In this document: piece after piece, positions 1 through 8,633 of the stretch
How positions within the stretch are numbered: the first letter of the stretch is position 1
How the letters are laid out: every line of letters starts with the position of its first letter
Virus record (IMG/VR): IMGVR_UViG_3300030207_003699
Span: 1-28,716 of that record
DNA from: a virus
Taxonomy: Duplodnaviria; Caudoviricetes
Length of the DNA: 28,716 nt
Reading direction: 5' to 3' (one strand)
Made by a program: the position numbers and the translations under genes
The notes under the pieces: model-generated
The model's database searches: none
The model's input: the letters and a program-made list of their open reading frames with translations, nothing else
What the model was told of the DNA's origin: nothing

Positions 1-1554
1 GTGCCTATTAGTATTAATTATCCTTTTTTCTTTAAACCTATTCAAGATGGTATGGATCGTCCTAAAACTGAATTAGCGTATAGAGTACCAGCTAGTAAGT
101 TTACTCGTAAAAAAATAACTTCTAACGAACAGCTAGAAGAATTAGAAGGATTAGATACAACTATTGATTGGAAAAATACAGGTGACAATAGCTATGACGG
201 TGAAAAACTAGCATTGTTAGTACACGATGAAAGCGGTAAATGGGAAAGACCTGATAATATATTAAACAATTGGCGTGTTACAAAAACATGTCTTAGATTA
301 GGTAGTAGGATTATTGGTAAGTGTATGATGGGGTCAACGAGTAACGCGTTAGACAAAGGTGGAGATAACTTTAAAAAATTATACAATGCATCAGATGTCA
401 CTAAAAGAAATAGAAATGGTCAGACAAAGTCTGGTTTATACTCTTTGTTTATCCCAATGGAGTGGAACTACGAAGGATTTATTGACGAGTACGGAGTTCC
501 AGTATTCACTACTCCTGACGCAGATGTGTTTGCCCCAGACGGTGAATTAATAGATATAGGTGTAGTTGATCATTGGAACAACGAAGCTGATGGTTTAAAA
601 GGAGATCAAGATGCTTTAAATGAATTTTATCGTCAGTTTCCAAGAACTGAAGAACATGCGTTTAGAGATGAGACTAAAAACAGTATATTTAATCTAGTTA
701 AAATATACGAACAAATTGATTACAACGAAGAAATGTCTTCAAGTATTGGTATTACAAAAGGTAATTTTCAATGGGTTAATGGCGTAAAAGATTCACAAGT
801 TATATTTTACCCAGATCCAAAAGGTAGATTTAAAGTTAGTTGGGTACCATCTCAACAACTACAAAATAGAGTGGTAATTAAAAACGGTATAAAATATCCT
901 GGTAATGAACACATGGGAGCATTTGGTTGTGACTCTTATGATATATCAGGGACTGTAGATGGAGAAGGTTCTAAAGGAGCATTACACGGCTTAACCAGGT
1001 TTAGTATGGAGGACGCTCCTGCGAATAGCTTCTTTTTAGAATACTTATCAAGACCACCTACAGCTGAAATATTCTTTGAAGATGTTTTAATGGCACTAGT
1101 GTTTTATGGTATGCCAATACTTGCGGAGAATAACAAACCACGTCTTTTATATTATTTAAGACGTAGAGGTTACAGAGGGTTTAGTATGAATCGTCCTGAT
1201 AAAGTTTGGAATAAATTATCTGTAGCAGAAAAAGAAGTTGGAGGTATACCAAACTCAAGCGAAGATATAAAACAAGCACACGCCGCGGCAATTGAAATGT
1301 ATATACAGGATCATGTTGGTGTAAGACAAGATGGTAGTTTTGGAGATCTTTATTTTAATGAATTACTAAATGATTGGGCTAAGTTTGATATAAATAAAAG
1401 AACAAAGTTTGACGCAACAATAAGTAGTGGTTTGGCTATTATGGCTAACAATAGACATTTATACGCGCCAAATGCAAAAGTTGAAAAATCAAAGCTAAAT
1501 ATAAATATCTCCAGATATAATAACACTGGAGCTAATTCACAAATAATAAAATAA
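1..1554 (+). CDS. terL: Terminase large subunit, 5'-truncated (C-terminal part of ATPase plus RNase H-like nuclease)
   Basis: Open from the window edge. Walker B-like LLVHDESGKW, coupling-motif-like MMGSTS, nuclease acidic motif AFGCDSYD and C-terminal FDATISSG. Lies directly upstream of a portal-like gene. The GTG at position 1 is probably not the true start. Confidence 0.9.
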   Translation: MPISINYPFFFKPIQDGMDRPKTELAYRVPASKFTRKKITSNEQLEELEGLDTTIDWKNTGDNSYDGEKLALLVHDESGKWERPDNILNNWRVTKTCLRLGSRIIGKCMMGSTSNALDKGGDNFKKLYNASDVTKRNRNGQTKSGLYSLFIPMEWNYEGFIDEYGVPVFTTPDADVFAPDGELIDIGVVDHWNNEADGLKGDQDALNEFYRQFPRTEEHAFRDETKNSIFNLVKIYEQIDYNEEMSSSIGITKGNFQWVNGVKDSQVIFYPDPKGRFKVSWVPSQQLQNRVVIKNGIKYPGNEHMGAFGCDSYDISGTVDGEGSKGALHGLTRFSMEDAPANSFFLEYLSRPPTAEIFFEDVLMALVFYGMPILAENNKPRLLYYLRRRGYRGFSMNRPDKVWNKLSVAEKEVGGIPNSSEDIKQAHAAAIEMYIQDHVGVRQDGSFGDLYFNELLNDWAKFDINKRTKFDATISSGLAIMANNRHLYAPNAKVEKSKLNINISRYNNTGANSQIIK

Positions 1555-1556
1555 AT

Positions 1557-3971
1557 ATGGCATATTCTAAAAGTTATTTTCCAAGTCAAACTGTAAGCGA
1601 TGCTGAAAAGCTTAGTTATGACTACGGTATGAAAGTAGCAAAAGCTATAGAAACAGAATGGTTTAATGAAGATAGAAGTATTAATAAGTACGCGTCTAAT
1701 GTTAAAAATTTTCATAATTTAAGATTGTATGCTAGAGGCGAACAGTCAATACAAAAGTATAAGGATGAGTTATCTATAAATGGTGATTTGTCCTATTTAA
1801 ATTTAGACTGGAAGCCTGTTCCAATTATACCTAAATTTGTAGATATAGTTGTTAATGGTATAGCTGAAAGAACTTATGATATAAAAGCTTATTCTCAAGA
1901 TGCTTATGGTGTTAGTAAACGAACGGAGTATATGGAGTCTATATTGGCTGATATGAGAACAAAAGAGTTAGATGCTTTTTCTAAACAAGCTTTTGGTATA
2001 TCTTTAGCAGAAAATGATCCAGCTACATTACCAGATTCTGAAGAAGAGTTAGAATTACATATGCAGTTAAACTACAAGCAAGCTGTAGAGTTAGCTGAAG
2101 AGCAAGCGTTAAACGTTTTGTTTGAAGGTAATAAGTATGAGTTGATTAAAAAACAATTTTACTATGATTTAACAGTGTTAGGCATAGGTGCTGTAAAAAC
2201 AGATTTTAACACTTCAGAAGGAGTTGTAATAGATTATGTTGATCCAGCTAACTTAGTTTACTCTCACACAAATTCACCTTATTTTGATGATATATATTAT
2301 GTTGGCGAAGTTAAATCAATACCTGTAAACGAACTAGCAAAACAATTTCCTCATTTAACCGAAACCGATCTTGAGGATATAATGAAAAACAAGAAGCACA
2401 ACAAGACTAATTACAATACTAGATACTCTTATAAGCAAGAAGATAATAATATTATTCAAGTTTTATATTTTAATTATAAAACTTATATGAACGAAGTTTA
2501 TAAAATAAAAGAAACTGGAACTGGTGCTGATAAAATAATACCTAAAGACGATACTTTTAATCCACCACAAGGTAAAGAAGGTGAATACTCAAGGTTATTA
2601 AGATCTATCGAGGTTTTATATGAAGGCGCTTTAATTTTAGGTACTGACAAGCTACTTAAATGGGAGATGTCAAAAAATATGATGCGTCCTAAAAGTGATT
2701 TTACTAAAGTTAAAATGAATTACGCTATTGTAGCGCCTCGTATGTATAATAGTAAAATTGATTCATTAGTAAAACGTATCACTGGTTTTGCTGATATGAT
2801 ACAGTTAACGCATTTAAAGTTGCAACAAGTAATGTCACGTATGGTTCCTGACGGTGTTTACTTAGATGCAGACGGTTTGGCAGAAGTTGATTTAGGTAAC
2901 GGAACTAATTATAACCCACAAGAAGCGTTAAATATGTTCTTCCAAACTGGTAGTGTAATTGGTAGATCGTTTACGCAAGATGGTGATATGAATCCAGGTA
3001 AAGTACCTATTCAAGAAATAACATCTGGTAGTGGTGGTAATAAAATGCAAGCTCTTATAGGTAATTATAATTACTATTTACAAATGATAAGAGATGTAAC
3101 CGGTTTGAACGAGGCTAGAGACGGTAGTATGCCAGATAAAAATGCTTTAGTAGGTGTGCAAAAATTAGCAGCTGCAAATAGTAATACTGCAACTAGACAT
3201 ATATTACAAGCTGGTTTATTTTTAACAGCTGAAACAGCTGAGTGTTTATCACTTAGAATATCTGATATTATAGAATATTCACCAACTAAAGATGCTTTTA
3301 TACAAGCTATTGGTGCACATAATGTTGCTACGTTAGAAGAAATGTCTAATTTACACTTATATGACTTTGGTATATTCTTGCAGTTAATGCCAGATGAAGA
3401 AGAAAAAGCTAGACTTGAAAACAATATTCAAATGGCTTTACAACAACAAAGCATTGAACTTGAAGATGCTATTGATTTACGTGAAATTAAAAACGTAAAA
3501 CTAGCAAATCAAATGCTTAAAATACGTAGAAAGAAAAAGCAAGACAAAGATCAAGCTATACAACAGCAAAATATACAACTACAGTCACAAGCAAATGCTC
3601 AAGCAGCACAAGCAGCGGCACAAGTTGATGTTCAAAAAAACCAAGCGTTAACACAAAGCGAAGCTCAATTAGAACAAATTAAAGCTCAGATTGAAGCTCA
3701 AAAAATGCAACAAGAAGTTAACTATAAAAAAGAACTAATGCAATTAGAGTTTCAAATGAACATGCAGCTTAAAAACGCTGAAGTAGAAGGCATGAAACAA
3801 AGAGAAAAAGAAAAAGAAGATCGTAAAGACGAAAGAACAAAAATACAAGCTACACAACAATCAGAAATGATTGAGCAAAGAAAGTCAGGTAAAGCACCTA
3901 AAAACTTTGAGTCTGCAGGTAATGATATACTAGGTGGAGGATTTGATTTAGGTAGTTTTGAGCCTAGATAA
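1557..3971 (+). CDS. Portal protein (804 aa)
   Basis: Follows terL; size typical of P22-like/crAss-like portals; PIIPKFVDIVVNG near the N-terminus, RDVTGLNEARDG segment, and a long Q/A/E-rich C-terminal coiled coil like the portal barrel. Confidence 0.88.
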   Translation: MAYSKSYFPSQTVSDAEKLSYDYGMKVAKAIETEWFNEDRSINKYASNVKNFHNLRLYARGEQSIQKYKDELSINGDLSYLNLDWKPVPIIPKFVDIVVNGIAERTYDIKAYSQDAYGVSKRTEYMESILADMRTKELDAFSKQAFGISLAENDPATLPDSEEELELHMQLNYKQAVELAEEQALNVLFEGNKYELIKKQFYYDLTVLGIGAVKTDFNTSEGVVIDYVDPANLVYSHTNSPYFDDIYYVGEVKSIPVNELAKQFPHLTETDLEDIMKNKKHNKTNYNTRYSYKQEDNNIIQVLYFNYKTYMNEVYKIKETGTGADKIIPKDDTFNPPQGKEGEYSRLLRSIEVLYEGALILGTDKLLKWEMSKNMMRPKSDFTKVKMNYAIVAPRMYNSKIDSLVKRITGFADMIQLTHLKLQQVMSRMVPDGVYLDADGLAEVDLGNGTNYNPQEALNMFFQTGSVIGRSFTQDGDMNPGKVPIQEITSGSGGNKMQALIGNYNYYLQMIRDVTGLNEARDGSMPDKNALVGVQKLAAANSNTATRHILQAGLFLTAETAECLSLRISDIIEYSPTKDAFIQAIGAHNVATLEEMSNLHLYDFGIFLQLMPDEEEKARLENNIQMALQQQSIELEDAIDLREIKNVKLANQMLKIRRKKKQDKDQAIQQQNIQLQSQANAQAAQAAAQVDVQKNQALTQSEAQLEQIKAQIEAQKMQQEVNYKKELMQLEFQMNMQLKNAEVEGMKQREKEKEDRKDERTKIQATQQSEMIEQRKSGKAPKNFESAGNDILGGGFDLGSFEPR

Positions 3972-3972
3972 A

Positions 3973-4001
3973 TTTATTAATTATTATTATATTATATTAT
4001 G
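3973..4001 (+). promoter_or_regulatory. AT-only leader element, copy 1 (TTTATTAATT...TATATTATATTATG)
   Basis: Near-identical to 6801-6830; both end in a start codon. Function unknown. Confidence 0.35.
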
Positions 4002-5228
4002 GAAGAAAATAAAGAAAATGTAGTTGAAGAAACTACACAGCAAAACCAACAAGATCCAGGTGATGAAAACGTGGTAAAAGTTGATGAAAGTAAATTTAAG
4101 TCTATTGGAGACGATAACGTTATAAAAGTAGATTTAAGCAAACCACCAAAACCAGAAGAAAAAAATGAAGAACCAAAAGAAAACACAGAAGCTGAAACAA
4201 ATACAACTGACGACAGCGGAGTGGTTGCAGAGTCTGAAAGTACCGAGCCCACACAAGAACAAGAAGAAGTACAACCGCAAGCAGAAACACAAGAAGATTC
4301 AGTACTAGAAGAAATAACTGAAGACTCTAATAAAGAAGAAGTTGCTGAAGTAGAAGAAAAAATAGAGGAAGCTATAACAGAGGCTGAAGCTACTGGAAAA
4401 CCAATACCAGAAGATATTCAAAAGTTAATGGACTTTATGGAAGAAACTGGTGGTGATTTAAATGATTATGTTAGGCTTAATCAAGATTATAGTAAATTAG
4501 AAGATAAAGATTTATTATATGAATACTACAAACAAACAAAGCCTCACTTAAATCAAGAAGAAATTAACTTCCTTATGGAAGATCAATTCTCTTACGACGA
4601 AGAAGAAGATGACGAAAGAGATATAAGAAGAAAAAAATTAGCGTTAAAAGAGCAAGTTGCCAACGCTAAAAGCCATCTGGACGGGCAAAAGTCCAAGTAC
4701 TATGAAGAGATTAAAGCTGGTTCAAGATTAACCTCTGAACAACAAAAGGCTTGGGATTTTTTTAATAGATACAATAAAGAGTCAGAAGAGACTAAAAAAC
4801 AAGCAGAAGCACAAAAATCTAATTTTTTAAATAAAACTAATAGTGTTTTTAATGACAAGTTCAAAGGTTTTGAATATAACGTCGGTGATAAAAGATATAG
4901 ATTTAATATAAATAATGCTAGCGAAGTTAAAGAAGCTCAAAGCGATATTAATAATTTTGTCAAAAAGTTTTTGAACGAAAAAAATGAAATGTCAGATGCA
5001 GCGGGTTATCACAAATCTTTGTATACAGCAATGAACGCAGATGCTATTGCAAAACACTTTTACGAACAAGGTAAGGCTGATGCTATGAAAAATAGCGTTG
5101 CTAAAGCCAAAAATGTTGATATGAACCCAAGACAAAGTCATGGCGCAGTTGAAACAAGTGGTGTTAAGTTTAAAGTGTTAGGTGATAATTCTTCTGATTT
5201 TAAGTTTAAAATTAAAAACAATAAATAA
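3999..5228 (+). CDS. Putative capsid scaffolding/assembly protein (409 aa)
   Basis: Sits between portal and capsid genes; very acidic, E/T-rich, probably disordered N-terminal half followed by a helical, coiled-coil-like C-terminal half. Confidence 0.65.
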   Translation: MEENKENVVEETTQQNQQDPGDENVVKVDESKFKSIGDDNVIKVDLSKPPKPEEKNEEPKENTEAETNTTDDSGVVAESESTEPTQEQEEVQPQAETQEDSVLEEITEDSNKEEVAEVEEKIEEAITEAEATGKPIPEDIQKLMDFMEETGGDLNDYVRLNQDYSKLEDKDLLYEYYKQTKPHLNQEEINFLMEDQFSYDEEEDDERDIRRKKLALKEQVANAKSHLDGQKSKYYEEIKAGSRLTSEQQKAWDFFNRYNKESEETKKQAEAQKSNFLNKTNSVFNDKFKGFEYNVGDKRYRFNINNASEVKEAQSDINNFVKKFLNEKNEMSDAAGYHKSLYTAMNADAIAKHFYEQGKADAMKNSVAKAKNVDMNPRQSHGAVETSGVKFKVLGDNSSDFKFKIKNNK

Positions 5229-5248
5229 CAATTTAAAATTAAAAAATT

Positions 5249-6754
5249 ATGGCAATTACAGGTGTTCCTTCGGGAACTATTGCTCCAGCTCCAGCGCAAC
5301 AGACGCTAGCATCGAATTATATCGATTTTACGTCTAATACTACTGCTGGATGGGCGCAACAATATTTACCAGATCTTATGGAAAAAGAAGCTGAGATTTT
5401 TGGAAACAGAACTATCTCAGGATTTCTTTCGCAAGTAGGAGCTGAAGAGGCTATGACAGCTGATCAAGTTGTATGGTCTGAACAAGGAAGGTTACATTTA
5501 TCATATGTCGCTACAGTAGATGCTGATGGTGATACAAACGGTACGTTAACAATTACTACTGATATAGATGGTGATGACACAGTAGGTTCAACTACTAGTA
5601 GAACCCACGCTATTAGAGTTAACGATACAGTATTAATAGCACAGTCAGGAAAAGTTGTTAAAGCTTTAGTTGTTGAAACTCCAGACTCAAACGTAGTTTC
5701 AGTTGAGCCTTACGCAGAATCAACTTTATCTGCTGCTGGTCTTTCTGATGGTGCTTCAACTGTATTGGTTATTGGTTCTGAATATGGTAAAGGTCAATCT
5801 TACTCTGATATTACTGGTACTCATAGTTCTGATAGACGAGAAGCTATTGAGCCAACGTTCAAGCATTTTGACAACAAACCAATTATTATGAAAGACTACT
5901 ACGAAGTTTCAGGATCTGATGCTTCTCAAGTAGGTTGGGTTGAAGTTTCTGGTGAAGAAGGTCAATCTGGTTACATGTGGTACTTAAAAGCTGAAGGTGA
6001 TACAAGAGCACGTTTTACTGATTACTTAGAAATGAGTATGATTGAAGCTGAGAAAACAGTTGCAAACTCTGCTATTGGTTTTGCTAATAAGCAAATTAGA
6101 GGTACTGCTGATTCTGGTGCTGGTGGTTCTGGTACTGAAGGTTTATTCGCTGCTATTGAAGCTAGAGGTAATTTAACTTCTGGTGTTACTGGTGTTAACG
6201 CTGCTACTGATTTAGCTGAGTTTGATGCTATCTTAGCAGAGTTTGATAAAAATGGTGCTATTGAAGAAAACATGATGTTTGTAAATAGAGCTACTTCGTT
6301 AGCTATTGATGATATGTTAGCTTCAATGAATTCTTACGGTGCTGGTGGTACTTCTTACGGAGTATTCAACAACTCTGAAGATATGGCATTAAATTTAGGT
6401 TTCTCTGGTTTCAGAAGAGGTTCTTATGACTTCTACAAATCTGACTTCAGATACTTAAATGACAAAGCTACAAGAGGTGGTATTAACGATAGAGCAGGTA
6501 GTGCAGCTATCCGTGGTGTTATTATTCCAGCTGGTGTATCTTCTGTTTATGATCAACAATTAGGAAAGAACCTTAAACGTCCTTTCTTACATGTTAGATA
6601 TAGAGCTTCACAAACTGATGACCGAAGAATGAAAACTTGGGTTACTGGTTCTGTTGGTGCTACTACATCTGCACTAGATGCAATGCAAGTACATTATTTA
6701 TCTGAAAGATGTTTAATTGTACAAGGTGCTAACAACTTCATGTTAATGAACTAA
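5249..6754 (+). CDS. Major capsid protein (501 aa, probably HK97 fold)
   Basis: Follows the scaffold-like gene; codon choice looks like a highly expressed gene (GCT, GGT, TTC, AAC, TAC frequent); followed by a strong terminator; motifs WAQQYLP, VVWSEQGRLH and GFRRGSYDFYK that I associate with Bacteroidota phage capsid proteins. Confidence 0.85.
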   Translation: MAITGVPSGTIAPAPAQQTLASNYIDFTSNTTAGWAQQYLPDLMEKEAEIFGNRTISGFLSQVGAEEAMTADQVVWSEQGRLHLSYVATVDADGDTNGTLTITTDIDGDDTVGSTTSRTHAIRVNDTVLIAQSGKVVKALVVETPDSNVVSVEPYAESTLSAAGLSDGASTVLVIGSEYGKGQSYSDITGTHSSDRREAIEPTFKHFDNKPIIMKDYYEVSGSDASQVGWVEVSGEEGQSGYMWYLKAEGDTRARFTDYLEMSMIEAEKTVANSAIGFANKQIRGTADSGAGGSGTEGLFAAIEARGNLTSGVTGVNAATDLAEFDAILAEFDKNGAIEENMMFVNRATSLAIDDMLASMNSYGAGGTSYGVFNNSEDMALNLGFSGFRRGSYDFYKSDFRYLNDKATRGGINDRAGSAAIRGVIIPAGVSSVYDQQLGKNLKRPFLHVRYRASQTDDRRMKTWVTGSVGATTSALDAMQVHYLSERCLIVQGANNFMLMN

Positions 6755-6771
6755 GCATTTATTATATTAAA

Positions 6772-6803
6772 GACCGGGGCTTCGGCCTCGGCCTTTTCTT
6801 TTT
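6772..6803 (+). terminator. Rho-independent terminator after the major capsid gene
   Basis: Stem CCGGGGC (6774-6780) / GCCTCGG (6785-6791) with one G-U pair, C(UUCG)G tetraloop, followed by TTTTCTTTTT (6794-6803). Confidence 0.9.
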
Positions 6804-6830
6804 ATTAATTTTATTATATATTATATTATG
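6801..6830 (+). promoter_or_regulatory. AT-only leader element, copy 2
   Basis: tttattaattttattatatattatattatg, overlapping the terminator T tract and ending at the ATG of the 283-aa gene. Confidence 0.35.
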
Positions 6831-7679
6831 GCAAAAAAAACAAAAAACACAGAAGTGGTAGAAACGCCACAGGTTGTAGAACAACCAAAAGTTGAAACAC
6901 CAGTTGTAGAACAACCAAAACCAAAAAGAGTTGAAAAGAAAAACACAATACTAAAAGATGGTTGGGAGTTAAAAGATAGGATATATAGACTAACAGGTAG
7001 TAAAAAACCTATATCAAGATCTATTAGATCTGCCAACATACATTGGTTTGACGAAGAAAAAGGTTACGAAAGAGAGCTTAAGTATTGTCAAAATCAAAAA
7101 ACAGTTTTTGTTGACGAAATGAAAGGCGATCAAAGATTAGAACATATTATTTTTAGAAACGGTATGTTAATTGTTGAAAAAGAAAAAACAATTTTACAAA
7201 AATTACTTTCTTTGTATCACCCTGATAGAGAAAAATTATTTTACGAAGAAAAACCAGTTGCAGTAGCAACTAATGAAATAGCTTGGTTAGAGATGGAAAT
7301 AGAAGCGTTGAACGCTGCTAAAAACATTGATATTGATATGGCTGAAGCTATTATGCGTGTAGAAATTGGATCTAAAGTATCAGAGATGAGTTCTAAAGAA
7401 TTAAAAAGAGATTTACTATTATACGCTAAAAGAAATCCTGATTTATTCTTAGAACTAGTAAACGACGAAAACGTTCAACTTAGAAACTTTGGTATTAAAG
7501 CAACTGAATTAGGTATTATTAAGTTGTCTTCAGATCAAAGAACATTTACTTGGGCATCTAATAATAGAAAACTAATGAATGTTCCATTTGATGAGCATCC
7601 TTACTCAGCTTTAGCCGCTTGGTTTAAAACTGATGAAGGTATGGAGATTTACTCTAATATTGAAAAAAGATTAAATTAA
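6828..7679 (+). CDS. Conserved phage protein downstream of the capsid gene (283 aa), probably virion or assembly associated
   Basis: Long ORF with an AT-rich leader in the slot right after the capsid gene; low-complexity V/E/P/K N-terminus followed by a globular helical region. No catalytic motif recognised. Confidence 0.7.
   Translation: MAKKTKNTEVVETPQVVEQPKVETPVVEQPKPKRVEKKNTILKDGWELKDRIYRLTGSKKPISRSIRSANIHWFDEEKGYERELKYCQNQKTVFVDEMKGDQRLEHIIFRNGMLIVEKEKTILQKLLSLYHPDREKLFYEEKPVAVATNEIAWLEMEIEALNAAKNIDIDMAEAIMRVEIGSKVSEMSSKELKRDLLLYAKRNPDLFLELVNDENVQLRNFGIKATELGIIKLSSDQRTFTWASNNRKLMNVPFDEHPYSALAAWFKTDEGMEIYSNIEKRLN
6858..6920 (+). repeat. Imperfect in-frame tandem duplication (VETPQVVEQPK / VETPVVEQPK)
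   Basis: gtagaaacgccacaggttgtagaacaaccaaaa followed directly by gttgaaacaccagttgtagaacaaccaaaa. Confidence 0.85.
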
Positions 7680-7685
7680 TCTAAC

Positions 7686-7724
7686 TGTAGTGGTAGTCGC
7701 CCTACGGGGCGATTACAAACTACA
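7686..7724 (+). other. Intergenic stem-loop with C(UACG)G tetraloop and no U tract
   Basis: GTAGTCGCCC (7693-7702) TACG GGGCGATTAC (7707-7716), extendable by TGTAGT (7686-7691) / ACTACA (7719-7724). Confidence 0.8.
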
Positions 7725-7736
7725 AACTTATATTAT

Positions 7737-7901
7737 ATGGAAAATAAAAAATCAAAAGGTTTAGGTGATACTGTAGCAAAAATAACAAAAGTGACTGGTA
7801 TAAAAAAAGTAGTTGATACTGTTGCTAAAGCTACGGGTAAAGATTGTGGTTGTGATAAAAGACAAGAAACTTTAAATAGATTATTTCCTTATAACAATTA
7901 A
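7737..7901 (+). CDS. Small basic protein with CGC motif (54 aa, not in ORF track)
   Basis: Manual translation: MENKKSKGLGDTVAKITKVTGIKKVVDTVAKATGKDCGCDKRQETLNRLFPYNN*. It fills the intergenic gap, has a TTATATTAT leader like its neighbours, and stops 9 nt before the next ATG. Confidence 0.8.
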   Translation: MENKKSKGLGDTVAKITKVTGIKKVVDTVAKATGKDCGCDKRQETLNRLFPYNN

Positions 7902-7910
7902 AAATAAATT

Positions 7911-8630
7911 ATGGCAGTAGGTATAAACAATGTATATAAAAAAGTTTTATCATTAGCTAATAAAGAACAAAGAGGTTATATTACACCTCATGAGTTTAAT
8001 ACATTTGCTGATCAAGCTCAATTAGAAATATTTGAACAATATTTTTATGACAAAAACCAGTTTACGAGAACTAACGGTAATGATGGTGAGTATAGTGATA
8101 TAATACATAACTTAAATGAAAAAATAGCTGTATTTGAAAGAACTACTGCCATACAAAGCAACGGACAAATTTTAGTAGATGATTTTTATAGATTAGGAAC
8201 TGTAATATATAATCCTGGTACAGGAGAGTTTACCGGTACAGTATTACAAGAAGTTGAGTCAGATGAACTTTTACGAATGAATTCATCACTTTTATTGAGA
8301 CCAACAGAAACTAGACCAGTTTATTTAAGAAATTCTTCTAGTACTTTAGGACATCTTATTATAGGTTATCCTGTGTCAGTTCAAGATAATTTAGTTTGTA
8401 CTTATATAAAAAAACCAAGAAAACCACAATGGGGATATGTGGTTGTTAATGGTAGAGCTATGTATGATTCTGACGATAGTGTTACTACTAATTTTGAATT
8501 ACATCTTTCAGAAGAAAATGAATTAGTTTATAAAATACTAAAAATAGCTGGAATTGCTATAAAAAGATCTGATTTAGCAAGTGCTGGTCAAGGTTTAGAA
8601 GTTGCACAAGTTCAACAAGAAAAACAATAA
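7911..8630 (+). CDS. Putative head-tail adaptor / tail ring protein (239 aa)
   Basis: N-terminal NKEQRGYITPHEFNTFADQAQLEIF and C-terminal YIKKP..P.W / FELH.SEE..LV.KIL patterns resemble tail tubular (P22 gp4-like, crAss ring-like) proteins; position after the head genes. Confidence 0.6.
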   Translation: MAVGINNVYKKVLSLANKEQRGYITPHEFNTFADQAQLEIFEQYFYDKNQFTRTNGNDGEYSDIIHNLNEKIAVFERTTAIQSNGQILVDDFYRLGTVIYNPGTGEFTGTVLQEVESDELLRMNSSLLLRPTETRPVYLRNSSSTLGHLIIGYPVSVQDNLVCTYIKKPRKPQWGYVVVNGRAMYDSDDSVTTNFELHLSEENELVYKILKIAGIAIKRSDLASAGQGLEVAQVQQEKQ

Positions 8631-8633
8631 TAA

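Noticed and set aside
4059-4133. Short internal repeat GDENVVKVD / GDDNVIKVD in the scaffold-like protein
   Set aside because: Real but short and in a low-complexity region; no basis for a separate functional claim.
5516-5580. DADGD and DIDGD motifs in the capsid protein (and DIDGD in the nozzle repeats)
   Set aside because: They match DxDGD only superficially; in structural proteins these are more likely Ca-binding or turn loops than polymerase sites.
6755-7736. tRNA or other structured ncRNA in the intergenic gaps
   Set aside because: The gaps are under 75 nt and contain only single hairpins; no cloverleaf or T-loop consensus was seen.
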